The position numbers and the translations under genes were made by a program. The notes under the pieces were generated by a model. It had not been told where the DNA came from and searched no databases. It was given only the letters and a program-made list of their open reading frames with translations. Below are positions 25,432 to 35,531 of a stretch of DNA of 64,000 nt, one piece after another; within the stretch, counting starts at the first letter, position 1, and each line of letters opens with the position of its first letter. The stretch spans positions 37,344 through 101,343 of the forward strand of contig JAWKLB010000001.1 of the NCBI GenBank assembly GCA_041392955.1, written 5' to 3'. This DNA is from Chitinophagales bacterium (lineage in GTDB: Bacteria; Bacteroidota; Bacteroidia; Chitinophagales; BACL12).

Positions 25432-26250
25432 ATGAAAACCATCTTTGCCCGAAAGGCGTTCCTGCCTGTATTTATAATGCTTCTCATTACTTCCGCTTGC
25501 CGAAATGGCAATGTGCAAACGGCAGACGATGCTGCGGTTACCTTACAGGAGATGTCCAACACCGAATCACGCGCCTCCGTGTTGCCTGCGGATCGCATGC
25601 TGGAAATGACCGCAGAACTGGAGTTTGAAACGCATGATCCCAAAGCCGACAGGAAAAAAATATTTGCTGCACTGCATATTTGTGGTGGTTATGCCGAGAA
25701 CGACGAAACAAAGAACGCTCCTCCGCAAATGCGAACCAATCTTGTACTGCGCATACCGTCTGATTCTTTCGAGATCTTTTTAAAAGATATTACTGAAGGA
25801 ATTGAAAAATTTGACAGACGGGAGGTCCATGTGGAAGATGTTACGGATGTGTATGCCGATCTGGATTCCCGTTTACATGCAAAGAAGGAAATGGAAAACA
25901 GATATTTGCAATTACTGGAGCAGGCAAAAACGGTTCCCGATATGTTAGAGATCGAAAAGCAGATCGGGATATTGCGTGCAGATATTGAAGCGATGGAGGG
26001 TAGAATACAAAACATACAAAAAGATGTGCACTGGGCTACAGTGGACATTACCTATTATCAGGTCACGGAAAAGAGGAGTTTGTTCGGTGAAAGGTTCAAT
26101 AGAGGATTGCAAAGCGGCTGGAATAATCTGTTGCGTTTTTTGATCGGATTGAGTTATGGCTGGCCATTTATTGTGATCGGCGTTCTCTTCTTTTTCTTCA
26201 TGCGACGCCGGATAAGATTCAAACAGAATAAGCTCACAGGAATAAAATGA
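25432..26250 (+). CDS. DUF4349 domain protein
   Basis: Lipoprotein-like signal, a central coiled-coil (DLDSRLHAKKEMENRYLQLLEQAK...IGILRADIEAMEGRIQNIQ), and C-terminal TM segments match the DUF4349 layout. Confidence 0.6.
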   Translation: MKTIFARKAFLPVFIMLLITSACRNGNVQTADDAAVTLQEMSNTESRASVLPADRMLEMTAELEFETHDPKADRKKIFAALHICGGYAENDETKNAPPQMRTNLVLRIPSDSFEIFLKDITEGIEKFDRREVHVEDVTDVYADLDSRLHAKKEMENRYLQLLEQAKTVPDMLEIEKQIGILRADIEAMEGRIQNIQKDVHWATVDITYYQVTEKRSLFGERFNRGLQSGWNNLLRFLIGLSYGWPFIVIGVLFFFFMRRRIRFKQNKLTGIK

Positions 26251-26280
26251 AAGTGTTTCTTATCTTTAACATGCACCTGA

Positions 26281-26862
26281 ATGAAAGAGGAAAACCATAT
26301 TTCGAAGATTGAGCTGACGCTGATTATTGGTATCGTCGGGTGTATGTTTTTAGCTACCTGGGAATTGGGTCATTTGATGACCGACAAATGGTTCGAAGGA
26401 TGGGTGAAATACCATTATTTTATCAGGGAACGTATTATTCGGTACGGGGTTGCTTTTTTCTTTGCCGGGACTTCACTCGGTATAGCCGTGCTCACCATAC
26501 ATCAAGAATCCCGGTTCATGGCTGCCATCAATCGTGCCTTGTTGTGGTTTGGTGTTTCCTTACTGATGAGTACCATTATCTTTTTTCTTTTTGATTGTTT
26601 ACCCGAAGTTGCTGCAGGGTTTTTAGGTGCCATGCTTTTCGGAACTACAATATATTTTGTGCAAAAAAGATATTTCACACCCGAGAGAAGGATGCAAATA
26701 CACAAGAAAAGGGGCCAATGTCCGGTATGCAGTATGCCTGTAGATAGAAATGATCACTATTGTTCTGAATGCGGAACGAATTTGATCCGCCAATGCAGTT
26801 CGTGTAAAACAGAAAATATGTTGTATGACAAGTATTGCAAAAACTGCGGACATATTTTATGA
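26281..26862 (+). CDS. Membrane protein with C-terminal double zinc ribbon
   Basis: About four TM segments are followed by CPVCSMPVDRNDHYCSECG...CSSCKTENMLYDKYCKNCG. Confidence 0.6.
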   Translation: MKEENHISKIELTLIIGIVGCMFLATWELGHLMTDKWFEGWVKYHYFIRERIIRYGVAFFFAGTSLGIAVLTIHQESRFMAAINRALLWFGVSLLMSTIIFFLFDCLPEVAAGFLGAMLFGTTIYFVQKRYFTPERRMQIHKKRGQCPVCSMPVDRNDHYCSECGTNLIRQCSSCKTENMLYDKYCKNCGHIL

Positions 26863-27075
26863 TGTTTTGTATGCAGAATGTTCATAGAAGTATTGATTCA
26901 ATGTAGATTAATAGCATTATCTGTTATTCCAATAAAGTGCACTTGAAATCAATAAATGTACTTTCGCATCACTAAAAAAGAATTTTGATAGCATTTTTGT
27001 GCAACAAGCATATTTGGATTTTTCATTGGATTTTTGCCTTCCAGTTTCATCAGTTCCCTTTTTTAATTCCATTTA

Positions 27076-27876
27076 ATGCCAGGTCGTTTATTAACTTATT
27101 TCAGCAAAACAGGCACCGCCTTCCTGCACCCCGGGGAGAAGACTGCCACGGCTTTATTGTTGCGGAAATTGCAGCCGCAGGAAGCTGAACATATCCTGGA
27201 ACTCGGATTTGGCACCGGTGCAACGCTGGTGCAACTCCATGCAATGCAAAGTAAAGCGCTTATATACGGACTGGAAAAAAATGCATCCATGCTCGCCATG
27301 GCAAACAAACGATTGCGCTGCTGTGGTCTTGGTAAAAAGATCACATTATTTGCTGTAGATCATACCAATGTTATTCCCTTCGAGGCAGCTTCCATGGATA
27401 GTGTATATGCAGAATCTGTACTCGCATTATCGGAGGGAGATTCACTGCGCAGCATGTTGCAACAAATACATACCATACTGAAACCCGGTGGTAAACTCTG
27501 TATGAATGAATTATTGTGGATGCAACATGTTTCCAAGCAGCATATGGAAGAAATGAATGCACAAATACAAGAGATCTTTGGCATGCCGCAGGCAAATACC
27601 ACTTGTTCCGATATAACGGCATGGAAGGATCTGCTCCGGGATTGCGGATTTGAATTGCTCGAAACAATGAACCTGGACACAGTTACTGCAAACGCATATC
27701 ATTTACCGTTTTCATGGAAGGCGTTTATTTCTGATTGTTTTACTTTATTTTACAAGGCGCGCGGTGTATTGCATTCTACCTTACGCAAAGAGCGGAAGCA
27801 ATATCGCAAAGAGATGCGTGCGATACACAGGGAAAAAATATTGGAACCCTGGCTGATCTGTGCGATTAAAAAATAA
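27076..27876 (+). CDS. Class I SAM-dependent methyltransferase
   Basis: Motif I is ILELGFGTGATL. The motif LKPGGKLCMNE also fits. Confidence 0.75.
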   Translation: MPGRLLTYFSKTGTAFLHPGEKTATALLLRKLQPQEAEHILELGFGTGATLVQLHAMQSKALIYGLEKNASMLAMANKRLRCCGLGKKITLFAVDHTNVIPFEAASMDSVYAESVLALSEGDSLRSMLQQIHTILKPGGKLCMNELLWMQHVSKQHMEEMNAQIQEIFGMPQANTTCSDITAWKDLLRDCGFELLETMNLDTVTANAYHLPFSWKAFISDCFTLFYKARGVLHSTLRKERKQYRKEMRAIHREKILEPWLICAIKK

Positions 27877-27900
27877 CAGGGATATTTTTATTTTTGATAC

Positions 27901-28518
27901 ATGACGGTATTGCGAATTTTCAAACATGCATCCGGACTGCGAGCGATCTTTCTTGCAATGTGTTTATGCATTGCTGTGCGCAACGGAAATATATTGTACG
28001 CACAAAATACCTGCACGCATGGTCCGAGCGATTGTTGTGGCTTTTATTTTGGCGCCGGTATTGGTGGCGGATTGCTCGCCTTGAAAACGAATGGCGTTTC
28101 AGAAACTTCTTTCTCTCTGAGTTTACCAAATCTCCACGCCGGCTGGATGTTCAACAGCCGCTGGGGTGCTATGCTCATGCAGGCCGGTTCCATATATACA
28201 TATGCAGGTTCCGACCGGGCCCTCGAAGCTTTTATGCTTGGGGGTGAATATTGGTTCGACAGGACCTGGTGGGCAATGGCAGGAGTGGGCATGACCCTCG
28301 ATGCATCTGCCTTTTATACGGTAGATAAGCTCAGTGATGGCGAATTTTATACCGGGTTCCCGGCTCTAACTGCCGGAATCTCCTACGATATGTGGAAGGC
28401 TGAGAATAGCAATATCAGTCTGCAATACCGCATTTTTTATGCCGGTATCAACGAGGATAAGGTGCTGAAACGCAGCGGATTGGCCAACCAACTACTGCTT
28501 ATATTTGATTGGTACTGA
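27901..28518 (+). CDS. Hypothetical outer-membrane beta-barrel-like protein
   Basis: Signal-like N-terminus, Gly/aromatic-rich strands, and C-terminal LLLIFDWY. Confidence 0.45.
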   Translation: MTVLRIFKHASGLRAIFLAMCLCIAVRNGNILYAQNTCTHGPSDCCGFYFGAGIGGGLLALKTNGVSETSFSLSLPNLHAGWMFNSRWGAMLMQAGSIYTYAGSDRALEAFMLGGEYWFDRTWWAMAGVGMTLDASAFYTVDKLSDGEFYTGFPALTAGISYDMWKAENSNISLQYRIFYAGINEDKVLKRSGLANQLLLIFDWY

Positions 28519-28584
28519 GTATACAAGCTCCGGAAAATGGCCATTTGAGCAAAATTTCGTAACTTTATATGTATATACACGTAT

Positions 28585-29487
28585 ATGGAACGAAAAGCCT
28601 TCCTCCACTCGTTATTCGCCTTGACAACTATGGGATCTTTAAGCAGTTTTAAGAAATTCACCGACGAGCTGCCCGTGCAGGGCAAGAAAATGCCGGTATT
28701 GTTCACCTCACACGGTAACCCTATTGACATTCCGCTGAGTAAAGAGGAGAGACCCTTTTGGAATACGCTTTTCGAATTGGGTAAGGACCTGCAGAGCGGG
28801 TATGAGGTGAAGGCAGCGCTGATCGTTTCAGCACATTGGTGTACGCGCGGCACCTTTGTAAATATCTCACCTGAGCAGGAACAGATATTCGATTATTATG
28901 GCTTTCCCGATGAGTACTATAAAGTGTACTATGCGGCAAAAGGAGCCCCCGAAATTGCGCATGAAGTAAAAAAGATCATCCCTTCCATTACGGAAACACC
29001 CGAGTGGGGTTTGGATCACGGCGCCTGGCCCATGTTGATGCATCTATTCCCGGATGCCAATATTCCGGTGTTTCAGATGAGCATCGATTATTATGCAAAA
29101 CCGGAATATCATTACGAACTCGGCAAGCAGTTAAAAAGCCTGCGCGAAAAAGGAGTGCTCATTATCGGCAGCGGTTCACTTATTCATAACCTGAAACTGG
29201 CAGGACAGAAAATGATGGCGAATGATATGACACCATATGGCTGGGAAGATGAATACGATGCTTGGATCAAAAAACAGATCGACGAACGCAATATTCAGAA
29301 TATCATCAATTATACCGACAGCCATCCGCTGGGCAAACTGGCAGCACCCACGCCCGATCATTTCGTACCGGTTTTGTACAGTTTGGGCCTGATGGATACT
29401 GCAGATGAACTGAAATACTTCTACGAGGCACAGGGTACTCTCCCGGCTTTCAGCGAGCGGAGTTTTATACTCAGCAACACTAAATAG
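28585..29487 (+). CDS. ygiD: 4,5-DOPA dioxygenase extradiol-like (LigB family, YgiD-like)
   Basis: MPVLFTSHGNPIDIP...AALIVSAHW...DYYGFP...GLDHGAWPML...IPVFQMSID...LIIGSGSLIHNL matches the YgiD/LigB pattern. There is an extra N-terminal leader of about 35 aa. Confidence 0.75.
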   Translation: MERKAFLHSLFALTTMGSLSSFKKFTDELPVQGKKMPVLFTSHGNPIDIPLSKEERPFWNTLFELGKDLQSGYEVKAALIVSAHWCTRGTFVNISPEQEQIFDYYGFPDEYYKVYYAAKGAPEIAHEVKKIIPSITETPEWGLDHGAWPMLMHLFPDANIPVFQMSIDYYAKPEYHYELGKQLKSLREKGVLIIGSGSLIHNLKLAGQKMMANDMTPYGWEDEYDAWIKKQIDERNIQNIINYTDSHPLGKLAAPTPDHFVPVLYSLGLMDTADELKYFYEAQGTLPAFSERSFILSNTK

Positions 29488-29562
29488 GCAGGTTCGGGCA
29501 ATCTGCATCAGATCTGTTCCGTTTCTGTAGGAGTTGGTTTGCTTTTTTTATATTTTTGAGGT

Positions 29563-29967
29563 ATGCAGGGATTAGCAAAAAGGCTTACTGCTTTGTGTTT
29601 ACTCAGCTATTTTGCTTTTGGGAGCATGTTGCTGCCGCAAGGTGATTTTTCCGTCAGCGTTGATCTGCCGGCAATGTATCGCCAATGTAAAGCGACGGAA
29701 GACCCTGATATGACCCCATTCGATTTTATTAAAGATCATTTATTGAATATCGATGGAGCGTTTGACGCGCATGACCATGGTGACGAACAAAAACCGCATC
29801 AACCTGTAGCCTATCATCATCTGCTACCGCAGGTATTATACACGCATTGTATCTTTAATATAAATGGGCAGGAGCTGTACCATACAGAAACATGTCTGCA
29901 GCTGCCTATTGCAAAAAATGATCACAGCGGTTTTTTGCCTTCTGTTTTTCATCCTCCACTTGGTTGA
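29563..29967 (+). CDS. Hypothetical protein
   Basis: 134-aa ORF with an N-terminal hydrophobic segment and a His-rich stretch DAHDHGDEQKPHQP. No family recognised. Confidence 0.4.
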   Translation: MQGLAKRLTALCLLSYFAFGSMLLPQGDFSVSVDLPAMYRQCKATEDPDMTPFDFIKDHLLNIDGAFDAHDHGDEQKPHQPVAYHHLLPQVLYTHCIFNINGQELYHTETCLQLPIAKNDHSGFLPSVFHPPLG

Positions 29968-30015
29968 GGGGATTTTTTCATCGAAAAACATTTTCTTACC
30001 ATTAAATTTTAGATC

Positions 30016-30478
30016 ATGAAAAATATCATATTGGCATTTTTGTGCCCGTGCATCATCGTATTGCATGCCTGCGGTCAGAAAGCCGCAGAGGTGCCGGATG
30101 CTGTTAAGACAGCATTTGCGAACAAATTCCCGGAAGCCAAAAAAGTGTCCTGGGACATGGAAAAACCCGGTGAGTTCGAAGCTGAATTCAAAGGGTCTGA
30201 TGGAGAATATTCGGCAAACTTTACCTCTGATGGGACCTGGGTGGAAACAGAAAAAGAGATCGACATCTCGGATCTTCCGGATGCCGTTCAAAGTGTTTTG
30301 AATGAACAATATGGTGGATATAAATCCAATGAGGCAGGGCAAGTCATGCGCAGTGACGGTTCAACCTTTTTGAAGTTGAGCTGGAGAAAGAGCATACAAC
30401 GTATGAGTTATCCATTTCTGCCACCGGTGAATTGCTGGGTCCATTAAAGTTGAGACCGACGACGACGACGATGAATAG
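30016..30478 (+). pseudogene. PepSY-like (DUF2874-type) lipoprotein, frameshifted
   Basis: Frame 1 gives VPDAVKTAFANKFPEAKKVSWDMEKPGEFEAEFK...LPDAVQSVLNEQYGGYKSNEAGQV..DGSTF. The expected continuation FEVELEKEHTTYELSISATGELLG is in the -1 frame after the T5 run at 30367-30371. A third frame ends SIKVETDDDDDE-TAG at 30478, just before the terminator. Confidence 0.65.
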
Positions 30479-30481
30479 ATC

Positions 30482-30516
30482 ATATGGCCGGCGCAGTTAT
30501 GCGCCGGCCATATTTA
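30482..30516 (+). terminator. Rho-independent terminator
   Basis: ATATGGCCGGCGCA-GTTA-TGCGCCGGCCATAT is a perfect 14-bp stem, followed by TTAATT. Confidence 0.85.
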
Positions 30517-30540
30517 ATTGTACTATAAGAACATAAATAT

Positions 30541-31299
30541 ATGCACGATAAAGTATTGAGTAAAGTGGCCCGTATAACTTTGTTATTCTGGCTGATGAAG
30601 GTGGTAGCCACCACCTTAGGTGAAACACTGGGAGATTTTATTTCCATGACACTGAACCTTGGTTATAGTGTAGGGATCGCTATCACCTTTGTGTTTTTTA
30701 TTTTGGTTTTGGTGACGCAATTGCGTACCAAACATTACATACCCTATGTGTATTGGTTGGTCATTGTCGGAACCACAACCCTGGGGACAGAAATATCCGA
30801 CTGGATAGATCGGACCCTGCACCTGGGTTATATTGCCGGAAGTATCGTTTTGGTCGTTCTCCTTATTGCTGCTTTGTTCATCTGGTTCAAAAAATTCGGT
30901 GATCTGAAGGTATATCCCATCCTTACACCGGGAAAAGAACTGTACTATTGGATCGCCATACTGTTTTCGAATAGTTTGGGCACCGCCTTTGGTGATTATC
31001 TGACCGACAATCTGGAATTGAGTTATATGCACGGCGCACTGATCACCGGAGGTATCATACTGTGTGTGGCAGCCTTGCATTATCTGACCAGGATCAATGA
31101 TGTATTGCTCTTTTGGATAGCATTTGTATTCACAAGGCCTTTCGGAGCTACCTTCGGCGACTTTCTTACAAAACCTGTAAGCAAAGGAGGCTTAAATTTG
31201 GGAACACTTGCATCATCCCTGGTGGCTATTGCCATTCTGACACTTTTTATCATTTTGGAACATCAGCAGGAGGACAAACGAAGAAAAGCCACGACATAG
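30541..31299 (+). CDS. Integral membrane protein with four internal repeats (COG4705-like)
   Basis: The motif recurs four times between TM pairs: LGETLGDFIS, LGTEISDWID, LGTAFGDYLTD, FGATFGDFLTK. Confidence 0.6.
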   Translation: MHDKVLSKVARITLLFWLMKVVATTLGETLGDFISMTLNLGYSVGIAITFVFFILVLVTQLRTKHYIPYVYWLVIVGTTTLGTEISDWIDRTLHLGYIAGSIVLVVLLIAALFIWFKKFGDLKVYPILTPGKELYYWIAILFSNSLGTAFGDYLTDNLELSYMHGALITGGIILCVAALHYLTRINDVLLFWIAFVFTRPFGATFGDFLTKPVSKGGLNLGTLASSLVAIAILTLFIILEHQQEDKRRKATT

Positions 31300-31394
31300 T
31301 TTTAATTCATATATCTAATCGGATTAAGGCTGTTAAAAGAAATATCCTTCGGCTTATGTGGCTTTACCTGTTATTTTTACGGTGATCTGAATGT

Positions 31395-32231
31395 ATGCGC
31401 TGGCAAGATATAGTAAAGAAAGGTATGCTGTGGATGTCTCCTCCTGTTTTATATAGGTATATCCTTTTCCGGCATGTTCGCACATGGGATAAACGCCATA
31501 TACCCAATGAAGAGGCGGAGTTGCTCTTACTTCCCTATATATTGGACCCGGATTCTGTTTGTGTGGATATCGGAGCGCATATAGGCTTATATACGTATGC
31601 AGCAAGTAATGTGGTCGGGCAGAAAAATATATTCGCCATCGAACCGAATCCTTCTGCGGCAAAGCAGCTACAGCGGGCCTTTCCAAAAGTGCACCTGCAT
31701 GAACTGGCGCTTTCGGATGTACAAGGTGAAATTCCATTCAAAATTCCCAAACTCAATGGCATCTTGTACCCTACCAGAGGTAAGCTGAATATAACTTGGC
31801 TGGAACCAAATGAAACCTCTGCAATTATATATACGGTTCCCGTAAACACACTCGATACATTTGTACAAGAACAAAACATCCGGAAACTGGACTTCATCAA
31901 AATAGACGTAGAAGGTAATGAAGCTGCCGTTCTGCGAGGAGGTATGAACTGTATACGCGCATGCAGACCGGTAATCCTGGCGGAGATAGAACAAAGACAT
32001 CACCATTTTCCCGTATCTGAAATATTTGATCTCCTCCTGAAGGAAGGGTATGTGTCCTTTTATTTTGATACAGAAAAACTGGAATTGGTGGTGATTCCCG
32101 AAGATATTTCCCGGATACAAGATCCGGCAAATATGCGCACAGCGAAATATTATCATAATTTTTTCTTTCTGCCGGTGGAAAAAGTAGATATGGGTTTGCC
32201 GGAAAAAATAAACAGTGCGATGCATACATAA
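31395..32231 (+). CDS. FkbM family methyltransferase
   Basis: VDIGAHIGLYT...FAIEPNP...ALSDVQGEIPF...IKIDVEGNEAAVLRG is the FkbM (TIGR01444-like) pattern. The start may be one of the internal Met residues. Confidence 0.7.
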   Translation: MRWQDIVKKGMLWMSPPVLYRYILFRHVRTWDKRHIPNEEAELLLLPYILDPDSVCVDIGAHIGLYTYAASNVVGQKNIFAIEPNPSAAKQLQRAFPKVHLHELALSDVQGEIPFKIPKLNGILYPTRGKLNITWLEPNETSAIIYTVPVNTLDTFVQEQNIRKLDFIKIDVEGNEAAVLRGGMNCIRACRPVILAEIEQRHHHFPVSEIFDLLLKEGYVSFYFDTEKLELVVIPEDISRIQDPANMRTAKYYHNFFFLPVEKVDMGLPEKINSAMHT

Positions 32232-32298
32232 ACGGGAAAGGACGTTTACGGATTTTTCCGGCTATTTTGCTGATAATTGATTGTATTAAATTTCTCTT

Positions 32299-32976
32299 AT
32301 GAAAAAGGACTTAGCTGCTATAGCGTTTTTACTATTATCCCATGGGTGTCCGGCACAGTTTGCAGTAATTCAGGATCCCGACGGCAATACCAATGTCCGT
32401 CAGGAGCCGGATGGCACTTCTGCCGTGGTATATACCCTCCATAACGATGAGGTATTTATGAGTGCGATGCTTCCCGATCCCGACATCCAATGGTTACCCG
32501 TGACCATAGCAAAAAACCCCTGCACGATCATATGTGGAGATTTTGATTATATCACAGGTTATATCCACAGATCAAGGGTGCAGTTTATAGAAGATCTTCC
32601 AACCTATACGGGCGATCAGGTATCTATACAATTAGAAGTGAGACCGTTTTCAGAAGCCGGGAAGTATTTTGAATATGTAGATTCTGATCTGAAATATATT
32701 TCTAAAATAAACGGACTGCATTTTTGGGGAACAGATGGTGATCTGCCAAAGACAGAAGTTGGTGCATTTCATATTATGGTTTTTGGAAACGATCTGACGA
32801 TACCTGAAATATTCTATACAGATCTGTTCGATTGCAATAAGGAATATACGATTTATCGAAAAGGTGATATTTTTTTTGCAGAAAACCGGAATAGCGATGG
32901 GGCCGGCAGTTATTCTTTAGTGTGGGTGTTTGATAGCCATGCCATTTTGCAGCGATTTATCGTCGGGGCCCCATAA
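32299..32976 (+). CDS. Hypothetical secreted protein (SH3-like N-terminal segment)
   Basis: A signal peptide is followed by AVIQDPDGNTNVRQEPDGTSAVVYTL, which resembles bacterial SH3 domains. Confidence 0.5.
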   Translation: MKKDLAAIAFLLLSHGCPAQFAVIQDPDGNTNVRQEPDGTSAVVYTLHNDEVFMSAMLPDPDIQWLPVTIAKNPCTIICGDFDYITGYIHRSRVQFIEDLPTYTGDQVSIQLEVRPFSEAGKYFEYVDSDLKYISKINGLHFWGTDGDLPKTEVGAFHIMVFGNDLTIPEIFYTDLFDCNKEYTIYRKGDIFFAENRNSDGAGSYSLVWVFDSHAILQRFIVGAP

Positions 32977-33123
32977 AGAAACATGATAATAAAATATTTT
33001 TGTTCGAATAGCTGCAAAGGCGGAATCGCATAATTACCTCGGCATTTTTCCTTGCACCTTTTCTGATCATTATGTAGTATTACCGGTCCATATATTCTTT
33101 TTACATTTTAGGTCAGTGACCCT

Positions 33124-33441
33124 ATGTGCGAACATCTAATAAAACTGGAAAAAGCCATTCAGGCTGCGGGCATTAAAGAAACTTTTCGCGGACAAGCATG
33201 GTCAGACAATTGCCGTGAATGGGTATACTTCGATTGTCGCTTGCACATCGATAAGGTCACGCAGCTATTTGCCCTTCCTCCTTGCGTGGAGTTGTATAGC
33301 AATGAGGATGAGCGCTCCGGTTTGGAACAAGGATTTGTTTGTGTGCTCTGTCATGATGCTATAATGGGTGTACATCCACGTGCTTCAACAGACAGGCAGG
33401 TGCCGCTTTTTCCACCGGAACACGAACGGGAAACCAGGTAA
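33124..33441 (+). CDS. Hypothetical small Cys-rich protein
   Basis: 105-aa ORF containing a CVLCH motif. No family recognised. Confidence 0.35.
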   Translation: MCEHLIKLEKAIQAAGIKETFRGQAWSDNCREWVYFDCRLHIDKVTQLFALPPCVELYSNEDERSGLEQGFVCVLCHDAIMGVHPRASTDRQVPLFPPEHERETR

Positions 33442-33507
33442 GACATTGGTATTTAACCACCTGTTAAGGGCATTATTTCTTCCCTCGAATTATTGTATTT
33501 TCACCAT

Positions 33508-35529
33508 GTGAAACGCACACTGTATTGCCTCCTTCTTTTTGTTTCCATGCAGGGAGTATTGCAGGCGCAGTACGCAGCGAAAGCCGATTCACTTCTGAAG
33601 ATCATTCAAACGGCAAAGTCATTTGCACTGCGAAAAGATGCCTGCACGGAACTTTCCTATCTCGCTTATGATGATTCCTCTTTCCGGACACAATATATTC
33701 TACCTGCATTGGCAGCATCTCATAAAGCCGGTGATAAATGTTCAGAAGCGGTACTCTATTTGTGGACGGGTCGGTATAGCTGGAAATATGGCAGGTTTAG
33801 CCTTGCTGTTGCAGATCATCAAAAAGCACTGGAACTTTTATCCGGTTGCAATGATCTCAAATATATAGCCGTGGCAAACCGCTCCCTCGGGCAGGATTTT
33901 CTGGATTCAGGGAAATATGATATTGCAAATAAATATCTTACCACTTCACTGAGATCATTTACCGAGCTTGAGGATACATATAATGTCGGCTTAGTATACC
34001 AGTTGATATCTTACATGTATCAACAATTGGGCGATAATGTCGCATCTACGGATGCACTATTAAAAGGACTCAAAAGTTTCGAGGAGGCTGAGGACACATT
34101 GGGCGTTGCTGTTTCACTGGCAAATCTGGGAGATGCTTACGTAAGTGTGGAAAATTATACCGAAGGATTGAAGTATTATCAGGATGCAGTTAAAATACTT
34201 GTTCAGATCGATACGATAAATGCGGCCATATCTTATGGTTCTATGGGTGATATATTGGAAGAACTGGGTAAGTATGCGGATGCAATACCTTATTATCGAC
34301 AACAATTGGATCTGGGAACAAAGATCCATGATGCAGGTATACAGGCAGCTGCCTATCTGAGGATCGGAAAATGGTTTGTGCATGAGGGACAAGAGGATTC
34401 TGCGCGGGTTTATTTTCAGCAGGGTTCCAATGCATATCATGTCTCCGGTTTCAGCAGGCCGCAATTGGCAGAATTATATGTGGAGATGGTAAATCTGTAT
34501 GTGCGTCAAAAAAACTATGCGTCGGCGGAAATATTTCTCGACAGTGTGCATCAGATAAGTGAGGAGATACAAAGTAAATTGATCTACGCCGGGTATTACC
34601 ATGCATTGCAGAAACTGGATTCTGTGCACGGCAGATGGGAGGATGCCTTTGCACATTATAAATTATATATACTTTACCAGGACAGCATACAGAATCTGGA
34701 TGATGCCAAAAAGGTGGTGTCCATGCAGATGCAGTACAACTTCGATAAAAAAGAAGCAGCTACAAAAGCAGAGCAGGAGAAAAAAGATCTGCGGCAAAAA
34801 ACGATACGCAATGCCATTGCCCTCGGACTGCTCGGCGCGCTGATATTCCTGGTAGTTGTTGCACGGCAACGCAACAAGATAGGGAAAGAAAAGAAACGCA
34901 GCGACAACCTTTTGCTGAATATCCTGCCGGAAGAAGTGGCAGATGAATTAAAAGAGAAAGGCTCGGCAGATGCAAAACAATTCGATGATGTGACGGTTAT
35001 GTTCACCGATTTCAAAGGATTTACCACTATCTCCGAAAAATTAAGTGCCAGGGAATTGGTCTCGGAGATCGATACCTGTTTCAAAGCCTTCGATAATATC
35101 ATAGCCAAATATGGATTGGAGAAGATAAAGACCATAGGCGACAGCTATATGTGTGCAGGTGGTTTGCCTGTGCCCAACAAAACACATGCAATGGATGTGG
35201 TGCGCGCAGCCATGGAGATATTGCAATTCATGGAGGAACATTTGAAAAGCAATCACGCTGAAGGTAAAGAAGCCTTTGAGATACGTATCGGAATACATAC
35301 CGGTCCGGTTGTGGCAGGTATCGTTGGGGTCAAAAAATTTGCATACGATATTTGGGGCGATACGGTGAATATCGCTTCGCGTATGGAGTCTTCGGGTGAA
35401 GCGGGAAAAGTAAATATCAGCGGCTCTACCTACGCAGTGATAAAGAATTCCATTACCTGCACTTTCCGGGGTAAAATTCCGGCAAAAAATAAAGGTGATA
35501 TCGAAATGTATTTTGTGGATATGCCTTAA
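33508..35529 (+). CDS. TPR-repeat, single-TM class III adenylate/guanylate cyclase
   Basis: The GTG at 33508 gives the signal-like N-terminus KRTLYCLLLFVSMQGVLQAQ. There are about 10 TPR-like repeats and a TM segment IALGLLGALIFLVVV. The catalytic motifs VTVMFTDFKGFT, KTIGDSYMCAGGLP and RIGIHTGPVVAGIVG..KFAYDIWGDTVNIASRMES are present. Confidence 0.85.
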   Translation: MKRTLYCLLLFVSMQGVLQAQYAAKADSLLKIIQTAKSFALRKDACTELSYLAYDDSSFRTQYILPALAASHKAGDKCSEAVLYLWTGRYSWKYGRFSLAVADHQKALELLSGCNDLKYIAVANRSLGQDFLDSGKYDIANKYLTTSLRSFTELEDTYNVGLVYQLISYMYQQLGDNVASTDALLKGLKSFEEAEDTLGVAVSLANLGDAYVSVENYTEGLKYYQDAVKILVQIDTINAAISYGSMGDILEELGKYADAIPYYRQQLDLGTKIHDAGIQAAAYLRIGKWFVHEGQEDSARVYFQQGSNAYHVSGFSRPQLAELYVEMVNLYVRQKNYASAEIFLDSVHQISEEIQSKLIYAGYYHALQKLDSVHGRWEDAFAHYKLYILYQDSIQNLDDAKKVVSMQMQYNFDKKEAATKAEQEKKDLRQKTIRNAIALGLLGALIFLVVVARQRNKIGKEKKRSDNLLLNILPEEVADELKEKGSADAKQFDDVTVMFTDFKGFTTISEKLSARELVSEIDTCFKAFDNIIAKYGLEKIKTIGDSYMCAGGLPVPNKTHAMDVVRAAMEILQFMEEHLKSNHAEGKEAFEIRIGIHTGPVVAGIVGVKKFAYDIWGDTVNIASRMESSGEAGKVNISGSTYAVIKNSITCTFRGKIPAKNKGDIEMYFVDMP

Positions 35530-35531
35530 CA

